Source of the DNA: an uncultured Planctomycetota bacterium
GTDB taxonomy: Bacteria; Planctomycetota; Planctomycetia; Gemmatales; Gemmataceae
DNA: 64,000 nucleotides
Assembly (NCBI GenBank): GCA_963849325.1
Contig: CAWKHF010000009.1
Location: forward strand, 128,001-192,000
Reading direction: 5' to 3'
Part shown: piece after piece, positions 9,678 to 19,569 of the stretch
Layout of the letters: each line of letters opens with the position of its first letter
Position numbering within the stretch: position 1 is the stretch's first letter
The notes under the pieces: model-generated
Database searches by the model: none
Seen by the model: the letters and a program-made list of their open reading frames with translations, nothing else
What the model was told of the DNA's origin: nothing
Position numbers and translations under genes: made by a program

Positions 9678-10813
9678 AGTCCTCCATCTTGAAACCGTGG
9701 TGCCGCTTGCGGCTTAGCGCTAAGCCGCAAGCGGCGCCGCGGGGTGGCTAATAGTTCCAGGGCGGCCCGCGCCACTGACTCCGGCGGCACGCGAGACAGA
9801 CAGTCATGATGGTCCTGCGGACAGATGCTTTTGAAGCAGTTTTTGCATGGCACGTCGTGGTAGAGCACTCGCTGCGGCACGTTCCAGGGCGTGTGCTGCG
9901 GATTGGTCTGTGCATACAGATCTACAACCGGCGTGCCGACGGCGGCCGCGATGTGCGCCGGCCCGGTGTTGTTGGTCACGAGCACCGGCGCCAGCGCGAC
10001 CAGGGCGGCCAACTCGGCTAGATTGAGTTGGCCGGCCAGCGAATGCGACGGGGCACGCATCGCCGCGCGGATGTCCTCGATCAGCTCGCGTTCCGCTTCG
10101 GAACCCGAGAAGACGAGGGGAAGATCGTACACTCGCGCCAGCAAACCAGCGGCTTCGGCGTAGCGTTCGGGCGGGTAGCGGCGCGAGGGAGCCGAGGCTC
10201 CGGGATGGATGAGCACCCAGGGTCGATGCGGCGTCAGACCGAGATCGCCCAGCATACTGCGGACGCGGTGGGTGGCCTGCGACGGGACGCGCAGCGACAG
10301 TCGTTCGTCCGTCGTTCGGCAGCCGACCGCCGCGACGAGATCGAGCTGCCGGCGCACCTCGTGGCGGATGAACGGCTCCGGCTCCGACTCCGGTACCCAA
10401 TTGGTCAGCAGTTGGTAAGGGTTCTCGCGGCAATGAGCCAGGCGGCGCGGGATGTCGGCCAGCAGACACAGCAGCGCCGCCGGCAAGGGGTTCTGGCTGA
10501 AGACCGTGAAGAGGACGGCGGCGTCGAAACGGCGCTGGCGCAGCCGTTCGATCATGGCAAACTCGGGCCGGCTGTCGGCGCGCGGCGCCGTCGCCTTCAT
10601 CCACGGTGCGTCGTAAACGATGGAGTCATCGATCTCCGGCAGCAGCGGCGCCAGCGCCGCGGCGGCGGGGGAAGTCAGCAACGTGAGACGCCGGCCCGGA
10701 CACGATTGCTTGAGGGCGCGAAAGGCGGGCGTGGTCATGAGCACATCGCCCAGCGCATCCAGCCGCACGCACAGCACGTTGTCGGCCTGCTGCCAGTCCG
10801 GGAGAGCGTTCAT
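9674..10813 (-). CDS. Glycosyltransferase family 9 (heptosyltransferase II-like)
   Basis: Starts MNALPDWQQADNVLCVRLDALGDVLMTTPA; HPGAS, VTNNTGPAHIAAA, C-terminal Cys cluster (CKNCFKSICPQDHHDC). Confidence 0.9.
   Translation of the reverse strand: MNALPDWQQADNVLCVRLDALGDVLMTTPAFRALKQSCPGRRLTLLTSPAAAALAPLLPEIDDSIVYDAPWMKATAPRADSRPEFAMIERLRQRRFDAAVLFTVFSQNPLPAALLCLLADIPRRLAHCRENPYQLLTNWVPESEPEPFIRHEVRRQLDLVAAVGCRTTDERLSLRVPSQATHRVRSMLGDLGLTPHRPWVLIHPGASAPSRRYPPERYAEAAGLLARVYDLPLVFSGSEAERELIEDIRAAMRAPSHSLAGQLNLAELAALVALAPVLVTNNTGPAHIAAAVGTPVVDLYAQTNPQHTPWNVPQRVLYHDVPCKNCFKSICPQDHHDCLSRVPPESVARAALELLATPRRRLRLSAKPQAAPRFQDGGL
9702..9735. repeat. Family C palindrome inside the 3' end of the GT9 gene
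   Basis: Perfect 34-bp palindrome GCCGCTTGCGGCTTAGCGCTAAGCCGCAAGCGGC, translated as RRLRLSAKPQAA. Confidence 0.85.
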
Positions 10814-12324
10814 GAGGTTATGTGTCCGTTCAGCAGAGGGAATACGGCTTGCGGCTTGGCGTCGAGGCCGCTGCGGATGCGGTCGATCATGCTCGTCGTC
10901 GAACGATCCTCGACCAGCGGCAAGATGCGGACGACGCCGCCCAACTCCTCCACCAGCGCGGCTTCCGGGAGACGATCGCGCGTGTAATCGCCGCCCTTGA
11001 CGAAGATGTCGGGCCGGACGAGACGAACCAGTTCGTGCGGCGTGTCCTCGTCGAAGGGCAGCAGATGGTCCACGCAGCGAAGGGCGGCCAGCACGGTCAG
11101 ACGGTCCTCCAGCGTGTTGATGGGCCGCGTCGGACCCTTGAGACGGCGGATGGAGGCGTCGGAGTTGACGCCGACGACGAGGACGTCGCCCAGCTCGCGG
11201 GCACGACGGAGGTAGCTGACGTGGCCGCGGTGGAGGATGTCGAAGCAGCCGTTGGTGAAAACGATGCGCCGCCCGCGGCGCCGGTGCTCGGCCAGTTCGG
11301 CGGCGAGGCGAGCGCGGCAGCCGTTGACCGTGCCGTCGGCGGTCAGGGCGTTGTGCAATTCCACAGTCGAACAGATGGACGTGCCCTCCTTGGCGACGAC
11401 CACGGCCGCCGCCGCCGAAGCGATTTCCGCCGCCGCCGGGAAATCGGCCCCCACGGCCAGGCCCAAAGTGAAGGCGGCCAGAAACGTATCGCCGGCCCCC
11501 GATGGACAACCGGGTGCCGAAGGCCGAGCGCCGGTGCGGTACGGCACTCGGCCGCGCTCGAAGACGACGGCGCCGTCCCGGTCCAGGGTGACGGCCGCGA
11601 TGCGAGCGCCGGTGGCCTTCAGCAGACGTTTTTCGTATCGCACGATCCGTTCGGCGCGAGCGGTGGGTACATCGTCGTCGGGCAGTCCCAGAAGCTGCAC
11701 GGCCTCGGCGTAATTCGGCTTCGCTGCCGTCAGGCCCACTTGTTGGTACGCGCGCAGTTGCTTCGAGTCGGCGACGAGCAGGCGCGGCACCCGCGCTTGC
11801 AGTTCGGTCAGTGTCGCGATCACCGTCGGCGTCAGCACGCCGTAGCCGTAGTCCGAAATGACCACGGCATCGCAACGCGAAAAGAGGGATGCCAACCGCT
11901 CGACCAACTGTCCTTCGCTCGGGGCATCGATGGGGCCGGTGTCGCCCTGGTCGAAGCGAACCAGGATCTGTCCGCCCGCGCAGACGCGCTGCTTGGACAG
12001 GGTCCGTCGGCCCGGCTGAACGAGCAAGTGGTCCGTGGACAGGCCATGCTCCTCCAGGCAACGGCGCAGAAGAAACGCCTCGACACCATCGCCCAGGACG
12101 GAGAGGAACGAAACGGTCGCACCGAGAGCGTGGAGGTTGACGGCGGTGTTGGCCGCGCCGCCGGCGGCGTCGCGGCGAGCGGCGACGGACACGACCGGCA
12201 CCGGAGCTTCCGGGCACAGCCGACTGCTGCCGCCCTCCAGGTAGCTGTCGAGCATGGCCTCGCCGAGGACCAGGACGCGCAGGCCGCGGAAGGCGTCGAG
12301 GTGTTTCACCAGCGCAGAAGTCAT
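10810..12324 (-). CDS. hldE: Bifunctional heptose-7-phosphate kinase / heptose-1-phosphate adenylyltransferase
   Basis: PfkB domain (RLCPEAPVPV, GGAANTA, ISDYGYG, GAGDTF) plus cytidylyltransferase-like domain (FTNGCFDILHRGHVSYL, GVNSDAS.RRLKG, VKGGDY). Confidence 0.92.
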   Translation of the reverse strand: MTSALVKHLDAFRGLRVLVLGEAMLDSYLEGGSSRLCPEAPVPVVSVAARRDAAGGAANTAVNLHALGATVSFLSVLGDGVEAFLLRRCLEEHGLSTDHLLVQPGRRTLSKQRVCAGGQILVRFDQGDTGPIDAPSEGQLVERLASLFSRCDAVVISDYGYGVLTPTVIATLTELQARVPRLLVADSKQLRAYQQVGLTAAKPNYAEAVQLLGLPDDDVPTARAERIVRYEKRLLKATGARIAAVTLDRDGAVVFERGRVPYRTGARPSAPGCPSGAGDTFLAAFTLGLAVGADFPAAAEIASAAAAVVVAKEGTSICSTVELHNALTADGTVNGCRARLAAELAEHRRRGRRIVFTNGCFDILHRGHVSYLRRARELGDVLVVGVNSDASIRRLKGPTRPINTLEDRLTVLAALRCVDHLLPFDEDTPHELVRLVRPDIFVKGGDYTRDRLPEAALVEELGGVVRILPLVEDRSTTSMIDRIRSGLDAKPQAVFPLLNGHITS

Positions 12325-14219
12325 GACCGCCCTCCAATGGTGACGGGCGCGGCCGACAGGATGAGCCGGGCTGCTTCGGCCAGGTCGGCGGCGACGTGGT
12401 GCGGCCGACGCCCGCGGCCGCGCCGCCATTCCGTCTCATTGCCGTTGTCGATCAATACCGTCCGGCAGCCGGCGCGGCGGCCGGCCTCGATGTCGTCGAG
12501 GATGTCGCCCACCATCCACGATTCGGCGAGATCGACGCCGAGTTCCGCGGCGGCCCGCCGCAACATGCCCGGCGCGGGCTTGCGACAGCGGCAGGCGACG
12601 GCGTAGGACGTGATCCTCCCTTGCGGATGGTGCGGACAGTAGTGGAAACCGGCCAGCGGGACGCCGAACACGGCCAGCAGACGCCGCAACGAACCCTCAA
12701 CCTCCCGCAGCGCCGCTCTCGGGAAACAGGCCGCGAGCCACCCCCGATTGGTTGGAGACCACGATGAGCCGCATAGCTGTTCTCATGCAGCGCCGTCAGC
12801 CCCTCCACGGCCCCCGGAGCGAATCGAATCCTTTGCGGATCGACATTATAGGGAACGTCTTCGATGAGCGTGCCATCCTTATCGAGAAAGACAGCCCTCT
12901 TCGGAAACTCTCCGGAAATAACTTCTCGTTTCGCCGTGACGCGCAGCGGAGCGTGTCGCGCGCTCCGCTGCGCATCGCGGCGAAACGTGGAGTTGCGGAT
13001 CACGGAGGCGTACAGCGCTTCGATGGCGGTGCTGACGCGCTGCCAGGTGTACAGGTTGCGCGCGCGGCGGATGGCTTGCCGACTGAACTCGCGGAGCAGG
13101 GCCGGCTGCCGCATCAGGTGGGACAGACGTTCCGCCAGCGCATCGGGGGACTTCGGTGGGACCAGGTAGCCGGTGATGCCGTCGCGCACCGTCGTCTGAA
13201 TGCCGCCGACGGCCGAGCCGATCACCGGCGTGCCGCACGCCATCGCCTCGACGGGCGTGATGCCGAACGGCTCGTACCAGGGCGTGGTGACAAACACGTC
13301 GGCGGCGGCGTAGTAGGTCCGCAACTCGGATCGGCCGCGGCTGCCGGTGAAGGTCACGACGTCGTCGATGCCCTCGGCCTGCGGCGATGGCGCGGAGTCG
13401 GCCGATCTCCGGCGTCAGGGCGGGGTCCGGCTCGCGCGATTCGCCGCCGACGATGAGCAGGCGGGCGCCTGTCCATGATCGCGGCGCAGCCGGGCCACGG
13501 CGCGAATCACGTCATCCACGCCCTTGCGCGGCACCATGCGGCCTAGTTGCAAGACGATCCATTCGTTCGGCGACAGCCCCAGCGCGACGCGAGCTTGCTG
13601 CTTGTCCATCGACCCGAACTCCTCCGGGTCGAAGCCGCACGGGATGACGCGGATGCGTCCGGGATCGGCCGCGTACAGTCGCAACAGGTCGTCGCGGTCC
13701 TGCGGACACTCGGCGATGAGGCGATCCGCCTCGGCCACGGCGCGCTCTTCAATCGCCAGCCGCTCCTCGGGGAAGGCGTCGGCGCCGCCCTGGTGCAGGC
13801 GGCGCACCCGGCCAAGGGCGTGGAAGGTGACCACCAGCGGCAGGCCGAGTGCTTTCTTCAACTCCGCGCCTACCAGCGCCGACAGAAAGAAATGCGCGTG
13901 GACCAGGTCGTAACCGACTCGGTGGGCATGGCGCAGGGCGTGAATCGTAAATTCCCCCATGAGAGGTAGCAATTGCTCCTTGGGACGGCGCTCGGGAGGC
14001 CCAGCCGGAACGTGGAGAATGCGCACGCCGTCGAGCCACTCCACCACGGGCGGCCATTCGGGGCTGTCGCGGCGGGTGAGGACGTTCGATGCGATGGCCG
14101 CGCCGCGCCAGGTGGCGAGCCACCTGGCCGACGTAGACGTTCTGGCCGCCGCCGTCGGCGCCGCCCAGCCCCGCCAGCGGCGAGGCGTGCTCGCTAATCA
14201 TCGCAATCCGCATGCGCAT
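12321..14219 (-). CDS. GT4 glycosyltransferase apparently fused to HAD-IIIA heptose-1,7-bisphosphate phosphatase (GmhB-like); several frameshifts
   Basis: ISEHASPLA..GG.D.GGQNVYV, GRMVPRKG, PWYEPFG..PVEAMACG; then AVFLDKDGTL, YCPHHP..C.CRKP.PGML, SWMVGDIL.DIEAG. GT4 and HAD parts share one open frame through a palindrome. Confidence 0.8.
12928..12986. repeat. Palindromic repeat family A copy, in frame inside the CDS
   Basis: GTTTCGCCGTGACGCGCAGCGGAGCG...CGCTCCGCTGCGCATCGCGGCGAAAC; translates as FRRDAQRSARHAPLRVTAKR. Confidence 0.88.
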
Positions 14220-14254
14220 GGGATGCCTCCAACGAGTAACCCCGACCAGACTCC

Positions 14255-14308
14255 TCCGAGCCGGAAGCGTGGGCGAAGGAATGGCTTCGCTTACGCTTCA
14301 GGCTCGGA
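14255..14308. repeat. Palindromic repeat family B
   Basis: TCCGAGCCGGAAGCGTGGGCGAAG...CTTCGCTTACGCTTCAGGCTCGGA; contains the TGA of the upstream GT gene. Confidence 0.85.
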
Positions 14309-15272
14309 TAGCTATGTGGGCAAACGTCTCTTCCCAATCCCGAGTGAACCGCTCGATGCCGAAGCGTTCCAGGGCGCGGCGGCGAGCGTTTTCGCCCAGC
14401 CGTCGCGCCAGGGCCGGCTCCTCCAGCAGTCGCCGCATCGGCTCGATCAGCCGCCGTACGTCCGTATCGACGTAGCCGTGTACGCCGTTCTCGATGACCG
14501 TCACTAGCTCCGTCGTCGCCAGGCCGACGATAGGCAGGCCGATGGTCATGGCTTCCAGGACGGCCAAGCCGAGGCTGGTGTAACGAACCGGGTGGAAGAA
14601 GAAGCGGTAGCGGGCCGCGAAGGCCGGCAGCTCCGGCGGCGACACCTCGCCGAGACCTCCCAGCGATTTGGCGTCCATCCCCACCAGGTCGAGCGGGACG
14701 TCCCGCCGCGCCTGCTCGAAGACGTCCAACCCCAACCGCCGGCCGCGCTGCCGCAGGTGATTGATGACAACCAGGCCGCGCGCGGCCTCGCCGCTGTAGC
14801 GGACCCCCCTTGGGATCAGGACGCCGTGGTCGATCACCCGCGTCGGCGTTCGGCCGTTGTCCCACATCAGGGCGTTAAATGCCGTCACGTGGACCAGCAG
14901 TCCCTCGGGTTCGTCGAACCAGTGGCGCGTGTCGGTTGGGTGTCCCTGCGGCGGATCGTGCTCCAGGTAAATCCGCGGCCGGCGGCGCTGGGCATCGGAG
15001 AGAATCTCGTATTGATCGACCTCGTAGTTCTTCCGCGTCTGGAACAGGATGCAGTCGAAATCCAGCTCGCGCACCGCGTCGGCGGGTACGTCGTGGACGT
15101 TCACGCCGAAGGGGAATGTTTGGCCGCGCCCACCGTAGCCCTCGCCGCCGTCGCGACGCACCGGCAGGTAGAACTCGACCCGCGCTTGCGACAGGTAGAG
15201 CAAGTAATTGCCGTGAATGTGCCAGGTGAAGACGCGAAGCGGCGGCATGGTTTCCTTGCCTCGAAGGGTCAT
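14298..15272 (-). CDS. GT4-type glycosyltransferase
   Basis: LRVFTWHIHGNYL, LEHDPP, LVHVT.FN.LMWD, RYTSLGLAVLEAM..G.P; TGATG coupling with the upstream gene. Confidence 0.85.
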   Translation of the reverse strand: MTLRGKETMPPLRVFTWHIHGNYLLYLSQARVEFYLPVRRDGGEGYGGRGQTFPFGVNVHDVPADAVRELDFDCILFQTRKNYEVDQYEILSDAQRRRPRIYLEHDPPQGHPTDTRHWFDEPEGLLVHVTAFNALMWDNGRTPTRVIDHGVLIPRGVRYSGEAARGLVVINHLRQRGRRLGLDVFEQARRDVPLDLVGMDAKSLGGLGEVSPPELPAFAARYRFFFHPVRYTSLGLAVLEAMTIGLPIVGLATTELVTVIENGVHGYVDTDVRRLIEPMRRLLEEPALARRLGENARRRALERFGIERFTRDWEETFAHIAIRA

Positions 15273-16323
15273 CAACTGACCGCCGGTGCGGGCACACAAT
15301 GCCCGGTGCGATCCTTGGCTTCGTCCAGCAGTGCCTCGGCCCGAGCCAGAACATCCGGGAGGGAAATGCGGTCTGTGTCGGAGAACACAGGATGCAGGCG
15401 ACGGTCGGCCGGACCCCAGCGTTCCGGGTTGTCGCCGGTCGAAAGCACGATGCTGGGGATACCCAGCGCGTCGGCGAGGTGGGACACTCCCGTGTCATTG
15501 CACACGAGCAGGCGCGCGCGGCTGAGCAGGGCGGCTAGGGCGCCGAGATCTGTCTTGCCGGCCAGGTCAAGGGCCGGCGACCGCAACGCCGATGTGACCG
15601 TCGCCGTCAACCCCGCCTCCGCGGCCGTGCCGGTCAGGACCAGGCGTAGTCCGCGTCGGGCCAGCACCGCGCCGATGTTGGCGAACCATTCCAGCGGCCA
15701 GCGCCGCTGAGGCACGCTGGCCCCGGGATGCAGGCACACGTATTCGCCCCGTCGCAGGTTCGCCATCCCCTTCACACGGGCGAGGGCGTCAAAGTCCTCG
15801 TCCCGAAGCGGAAAATCCAGATGGTCGCCCTGCGAAGGTAGGCCGAGGAACTCCACCAGCCGCAGCAGCCGGCTCCCTTCGCGCCCTCGCGTCGGCCAGG
15901 GGCGGAACTGCTCCGGGTCCGGGCAGTAATCGCCGGGCAGGTAGAACCCGGCCGTCCGCTGCGCGCCCAAAAGCACGAGGAGCGAGTTCACGAACGGGCC
16001 GCTGCCGTGCAACTGGATGGCGAGATCAAAGCGCTCGGCTTGCATTTCGCTCAGAAACCCAGGCAGCCGCGCGACATCCGGTTCGCGCTCCGGCAGTCCG
16101 GGATAACCCGGAAATTCGCGGAAGCCGTCGAGGTAATGATCGTAACGTTCGACGAAGGATCGGGCCCACGGTAGCCCAAGGAGGACGATTTCGGCCTCCG
16201 GCCAGGCCGCGCGAAAGCGCGGAACGCCGGTACGGCGCACAGCAGGTCGCCCAACTGGAGGGCGCGCAGCACCACCACACGACGAGGGGCCGCCCTACCA
16301 GTGTCGCCGAATCCATCCGTCAT
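15272..16323 (-). CDS. Glycosyltransferase family 9; frameshift near 16215
   Basis: VVVLRALQLGDLLCAVPA, LHGSG, CLHPGAS...RRWP, LLVCNDTGVSHLA. Confidence 0.88.
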
Positions 16324-16398
16324 AAAGATCCTTCTCTAACCGTTGGCGCGTCCGACAACCGCGCACGGACGCGGCAGAGCGAATAGACATTTGCCGTG

Positions 16399-16413
16399 CG
16401 GAATGGTGTTTGC
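16399..16413 (+). promoter_or_regulatory. Possible sigma54 promoter for ppa, overlapping the opposite-strand one
   Basis: CGGAAT-ggtgt-TTGC (GG-N10-GC); shares the GC at 16412-13. Confidence 0.5.
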
Positions 16414-16426
16414 AAAGGAAGTGCCA
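16412..16426 (-). promoter_or_regulatory. sigma54 -24/-12 promoter of the glycosylation operon
   Basis: Minus strand TGGCAC-ttcct-TTGCA, a consensus match ~90 bp upstream of the 16323 start. Confidence 0.85.
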
Positions 16427-16428
16427 TA

Positions 16429-16449
16429 CTTCTGTCAAATTGACAGAAG
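16429..16449. promoter_or_regulatory. Candidate operator (10-bp perfect inverted repeat)
   Basis: CTTCTGTCAA-A-TTGACAGAAG, next to the -24 box. Confidence 0.5.
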
Positions 16450-16460
16450 ACAGGGAGTTA

Positions 16461-16515
16461 TCCGAGTCGAAAGCGTAAGCGAAAGGTGTCTCTTCGCTTA
16501 CGCTTCCGGCTTGGA
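16461..16515. repeat. Palindromic repeat family B
   Basis: TCCGAGTCGAAAGCGTAAGCGAA...TTCGCTTACGCTTCCGGCTTGGA. Confidence 0.85.
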
Positions 16516-16533
16516 GGGGTTCGGGAGGAAGGC

Positions 16534-17079
16534 ATGGCGGCGCCGCAATCCCTCATCCAATTGGACGCGAAAGCAGCGGACGGCGAGTTGATTCACGTCG
16601 TCATCGAAACGCCCAAGGGGAGCCGGAACAAGTTCAAGTATGAGGAAGACTTGGGTTGCTTTCGGCTCAACAAAGTACTGCCTCTCGGCGCCCATTTCCC
16701 CTTCGACTTTGGGTTCATCCCGTCCACGCGCGCCGAGGACGGCGATCCCCTGGACGTGTTGGTGCTTATGGACGAACCGGCTGTCCCCGGCTGCATCGTG
16801 CCGGCTCGCCTCCTCGGCGTCATCGAGGCCAAGCAGACCGCCAAGGGCGAGACGGCCCGCAACGACCGTCTGATCGCCGTCCTCGAAACGCCTTTCAATC
16901 CGCCGGAGGTTCATTCTCTGGAAGAGATTAGCGATAACCGTTTGGCGGAACTGGAGCACTTTTTCGTTTCGTACAACCAAATGGAAGGCCGCGAGTTTGA
17001 GCCGATTGGGCGTCATGGACCCGAGCGGGCGATGGAACTTCTCCAGGAAGGAATGCAGCGTTTCCGCAAAGGGAAGTGA
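16534..17079 (+). CDS. ppa: Inorganic pyrophosphatase (family I)
   Basis: GGAGG RBS; VIETPKGSRNKFKY, FGFIPST..EDGDPLDVLVL, RNDRLIAV. Confidence 0.92.
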   Translation: MAAPQSLIQLDAKAADGELIHVVIETPKGSRNKFKYEEDLGCFRLNKVLPLGAHFPFDFGFIPSTRAEDGDPLDVLVLMDEPAVPGCIVPARLLGVIEAKQTAKGETARNDRLIAVLETPFNPPEVHSLEEISDNRLAELEHFFVSYNQMEGREFEPIGRHGPERAMELLQEGMQRFRKGK

Positions 17080-17088
17080 GCACCATTC

Positions 17089-17153
17089 GTTTAGCCGCGA
17101 CGCGCAGTGGAGCGCGGGACAAACTCGCGCTCCGCTGCGCGTCGCGGCGAAAC
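17089..17153. repeat. Palindromic repeat family A
   Basis: GTTTAGCCGCGACGCGCAGTGGAGCGCG...CGCGCTCCGCTGCGCGTCGCGGCGAAAC between convergent genes. Confidence 0.9.
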
Positions 17154-17213
17154 TCGTGGGCACCCTGATACTCAAAGGCGGGAAGTCTCTCGCCCTGATG
17201 GTCGAAGCAGAGA

Positions 17214-18785
17214 TCATTCCGGCTTGCTCGGCAGCGGCTCCAACCCCTTGTTCGCGGGTCCGACCACAACGCCGCCGGTGCAGCGGAAGCGCGAGCCGTG
17301 GCAGGGACAATCCCAGGTCTTCTCCGACGCATTCCAGGACACCATACAGCCCAGGTGGGGACACACGGCGGAAAAGGCGTGGACGACCCCGGAATCGTCG
17401 CGGTAGACAGCGGCCTTGCTCGCGCCGTGACGGATCACCGCGCCCGAGCCGGCGGCGATGTCCGCGACCGAACCGACGTCGCCGCCGGTGAGCCAGTCGG
17501 CGTATTGCCGGGCGACGTTGAGGTTTTCGCTCAGAAATTCCTTGGCGGCCCCCAGCGTTTTACGGGACGGATCGTAGAGCGCAGCCCAGGGATTGTCGCG
17601 CCCCAGAATGAGGTCGGTCAACAACAGGCCGGCGATGGTGCCGTGCGTCATTCCCATGCCGGAGTCGCCGGTGGCGATGTACACGTTGTCGGCATCCCCC
17701 GGATTGCGGCCGATGAAGGCGACGCCGTCGATTGGTTCCATGACCTGCCCCGACCAGCGAAACGACACCGGCCCCATGCGCGGAAAGCGCTCGCGCACCC
17801 ACGCTTCCAGGCGGTGATAGCGCTCTTCCTGATCGCTGGCCTGGCCCGTCTTGTGGTCCTCGCCGCCGACGATCAGCAACTCCTCTTTGTCCGGGTCCAG
17901 CGCCGTGCCTCCTTCGGCCGCGGCGGACGTTTCCAGTTTCTGCAGGCGAACGTAGTGATAAGGGTCGAGCGTGTCCCAGTACAGCGCTTTCGTCACCCAG
18001 CCGCGCGGGACGGCAGCGGCGATGACGTAGCTCAGATAGGGCGCCTGCTTGGTGTGGATGGCGAGCCGATCGTTGACAGGCGTGTTGGTGGCGACCACCA
18101 CGGCGGAGCAGGCGACCTCCGCTCCGTCCGCCGTCCTCACCCGCGCCGAAGGGCCGCCGTCCATCTGCTGCGCATGGGTGCCGATGAAGATGCGTCCTCC
18201 CTTGCGCGTGAAGGCCAACGCCAATCCACTCAGGTAGCGAAGGGGGTGAAACTGCCCCTGTCCCGGAAAGCGTAGACAGGGCCGTTCCGGCCACGGTGAC
18301 GGCAGCTTGTCGAGCAACTCCACGGAAGTCAGACCGGCGCGGCGGGCGGCGTCTCGTTCCTGCTCCAAAATGTCCGCCGATTCGCCGGGCGGAACGAACA
18401 GGTAGCCGTCCAGCCGTTCGTAATCGCAGTCGATTTGTTCCTGTCGGGCGATCTCACCGATCTTCTCGATGGCGGCGGTATGGCTGTGGGCGGCCAGGCG
18501 AGCACCCTCGGACCCGTGCAGGCGCTCGATCTCGACATAGCGGTCGTCCAGCGCGTTGGACAGATGCGCCGTCGTTTTGCGAGTCTGCCCGTCGGCGATG
18601 GGTCCGTCGTCGAGGACGACGACGGACTTGCCGGCGGAGGCCAACAAGTAGGCCGTGCTCAGCCCGGCGATGCCGGCGCCGACCACGCAGACGTCAGCCT
18701 TGGTGTTGTGGAAAAGCGGCGCTTGGCGCAAATGGGAGGACGTTGCCGACCAGTAGGAGAGGTGCTGCCGGGTCTCCGTCTGCAT
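17214..18785 (-). CDS. FAD-dependent oxidoreductase with C-terminal Rieske 2Fe-2S domain (YhfW-like)
   Basis: Start [39 protein letters not shown], Rieske CPHLGC...[10 protein letters not shown]. Confidence 0.92.
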   Translation of the reverse strand: MQTETRQHLSYWSATSSHLRQAPLFHNTKADVCVVGAGIAGLSTAYLLASAGKSVVVLDDGPIADGQTRKTTAHLSNALDDRYVEIERLHGSEGARLAAHSHTAAIEKIGEIARQEQIDCDYERLDGYLFVPPGESADILEQERDAARRAGLTSVELLDKLPSPWPERPCLRFPGQGQFHPLRYLSGLALAFTRKGGRIFIGTHAQQMDGGPSARVRTADGAEVACSAVVVATNTPVNDRLAIHTKQAPYLSYVIAAAVPRGWVTKALYWDTLDPYHYVRLQKLETSAAAEGGTALDPDKEELLIVGGEDHKTGQASDQEERYHRLEAWVRERFPRMGPVSFRWSGQVMEPIDGVAFIGRNPGDADNVYIATGDSGMGMTHGTIAGLLLTDLILGRDNPWAALYDPSRKTLGAAKEFLSENLNVARQYADWLTGGDVGSVADIAAGSGAVIRHGASKAAVYRDDSGVVHAFSAVCPHLGCMVSWNASEKTWDCPCHGSRFRCTGGVVVGPANKGLEPLPSKPE

Positions 18786-18865
18786 GGCGCGGCTCCTTGG
18801 CGAGAACGAACGGGAGGGGCCAGCAAATAAAGGTGCCGTGCCCCTCCCCAATGAGAGAGGGCGGA

Positions 18866-19372
18866 TCAAACCCCTTGCGGTTGATGCTGGGCGGCCAGGT
18901 TGACCATGCCTTCGGCAATCTGCGTCAATTTGTGGTCGGCCTCCTTCTCCTCGTGCAGCGTCTGCTCGATGAGGTCGGCAATCTCGTGGTGATTCAGCTG
19001 CCGCGCCCAGGTGCGCAGGCAACCGTAGACGGCCATTTCGTAGTGCTCCACGCGCTGGGCGGCGGCGATCAGGCCCGCGTCCAGGACCATCGGCTCGCCA
19101 TCGGCATCAAGGATGTCCTCGCCCTCCTCAATGATCCCTTGCATGCCGTCGCACGATTTGCCGCGCGCCTTCTTGCCCAACAGGTCGAAGACGCGCTCCA
19201 AACGTTCGATGTGTCCGCGCGTCTGGTCCAGGTGCTCCTCGAAGGCGGCACGAAGTTCGTCCGCCGAGGCCGCCTTGGCCATTTTCGACAGCGCCTTGAT
19301 GAGCTGCTTCTCCGCGTCATACGTGTCGCGCACTTGCTCGAAGAACAGATCCTCCAGCGAATGCAGTTTCAT
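18866..19372 (-). CDS. DUF892 ferritin-like stress protein (YciE/YciF family)
   Basis: [43 protein letters not shown]. Confidence 0.92.
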   Translation of the reverse strand: MKLHSLEDLFFEQVRDTYDAEKQLIKALSKMAKAASADELRAAFEEHLDQTRGHIERLERVFDLLGKKARGKSCDGMQGIIEEGEDILDADGEPMVLDAGLIAAAQRVEHYEMAVYGCLRTWARQLNHHEIADLIEQTLHEEKEADHKLTQIAEGMVNLAAQHQPQGV

Positions 19373-19506
19373 GAATCACCTCTCCCGTGGCAACAGCATC
19401 GTGGTCCGACCCGGACCTGTGCCGGGTTTCTCTTCTCCTACGTGCAAACGTCAGACCGAAACGACCACTCCCTTCGGTCCCGAGTCCTGGCTCAGGGTAC
19501 GGGGAC

Positions 19507-19521
19507 GGGTATGGCGATTGC
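19507..19521 (+). promoter_or_regulatory. Probable sigma54 promoter
   Basis: GGGTAT-ggcga-TTGC before the 19570 ORF; weaker divergent site CGGTCT-gacgt-TTGC at 19444-19458 (-) before DUF892. Confidence 0.55.
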
Positions 19522-19569
19522 ACGGAAGGGAGAAGTGGATTTCCGAACATCTCTTACAGGAGAGGACCA

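Noticed and set aside
9674-12439. 921-aa ORF as one giant glycosyltransferase
   Set aside because: Only the part from ATG 10813 is GT9; the upstream part is an alternative frame over hldE.
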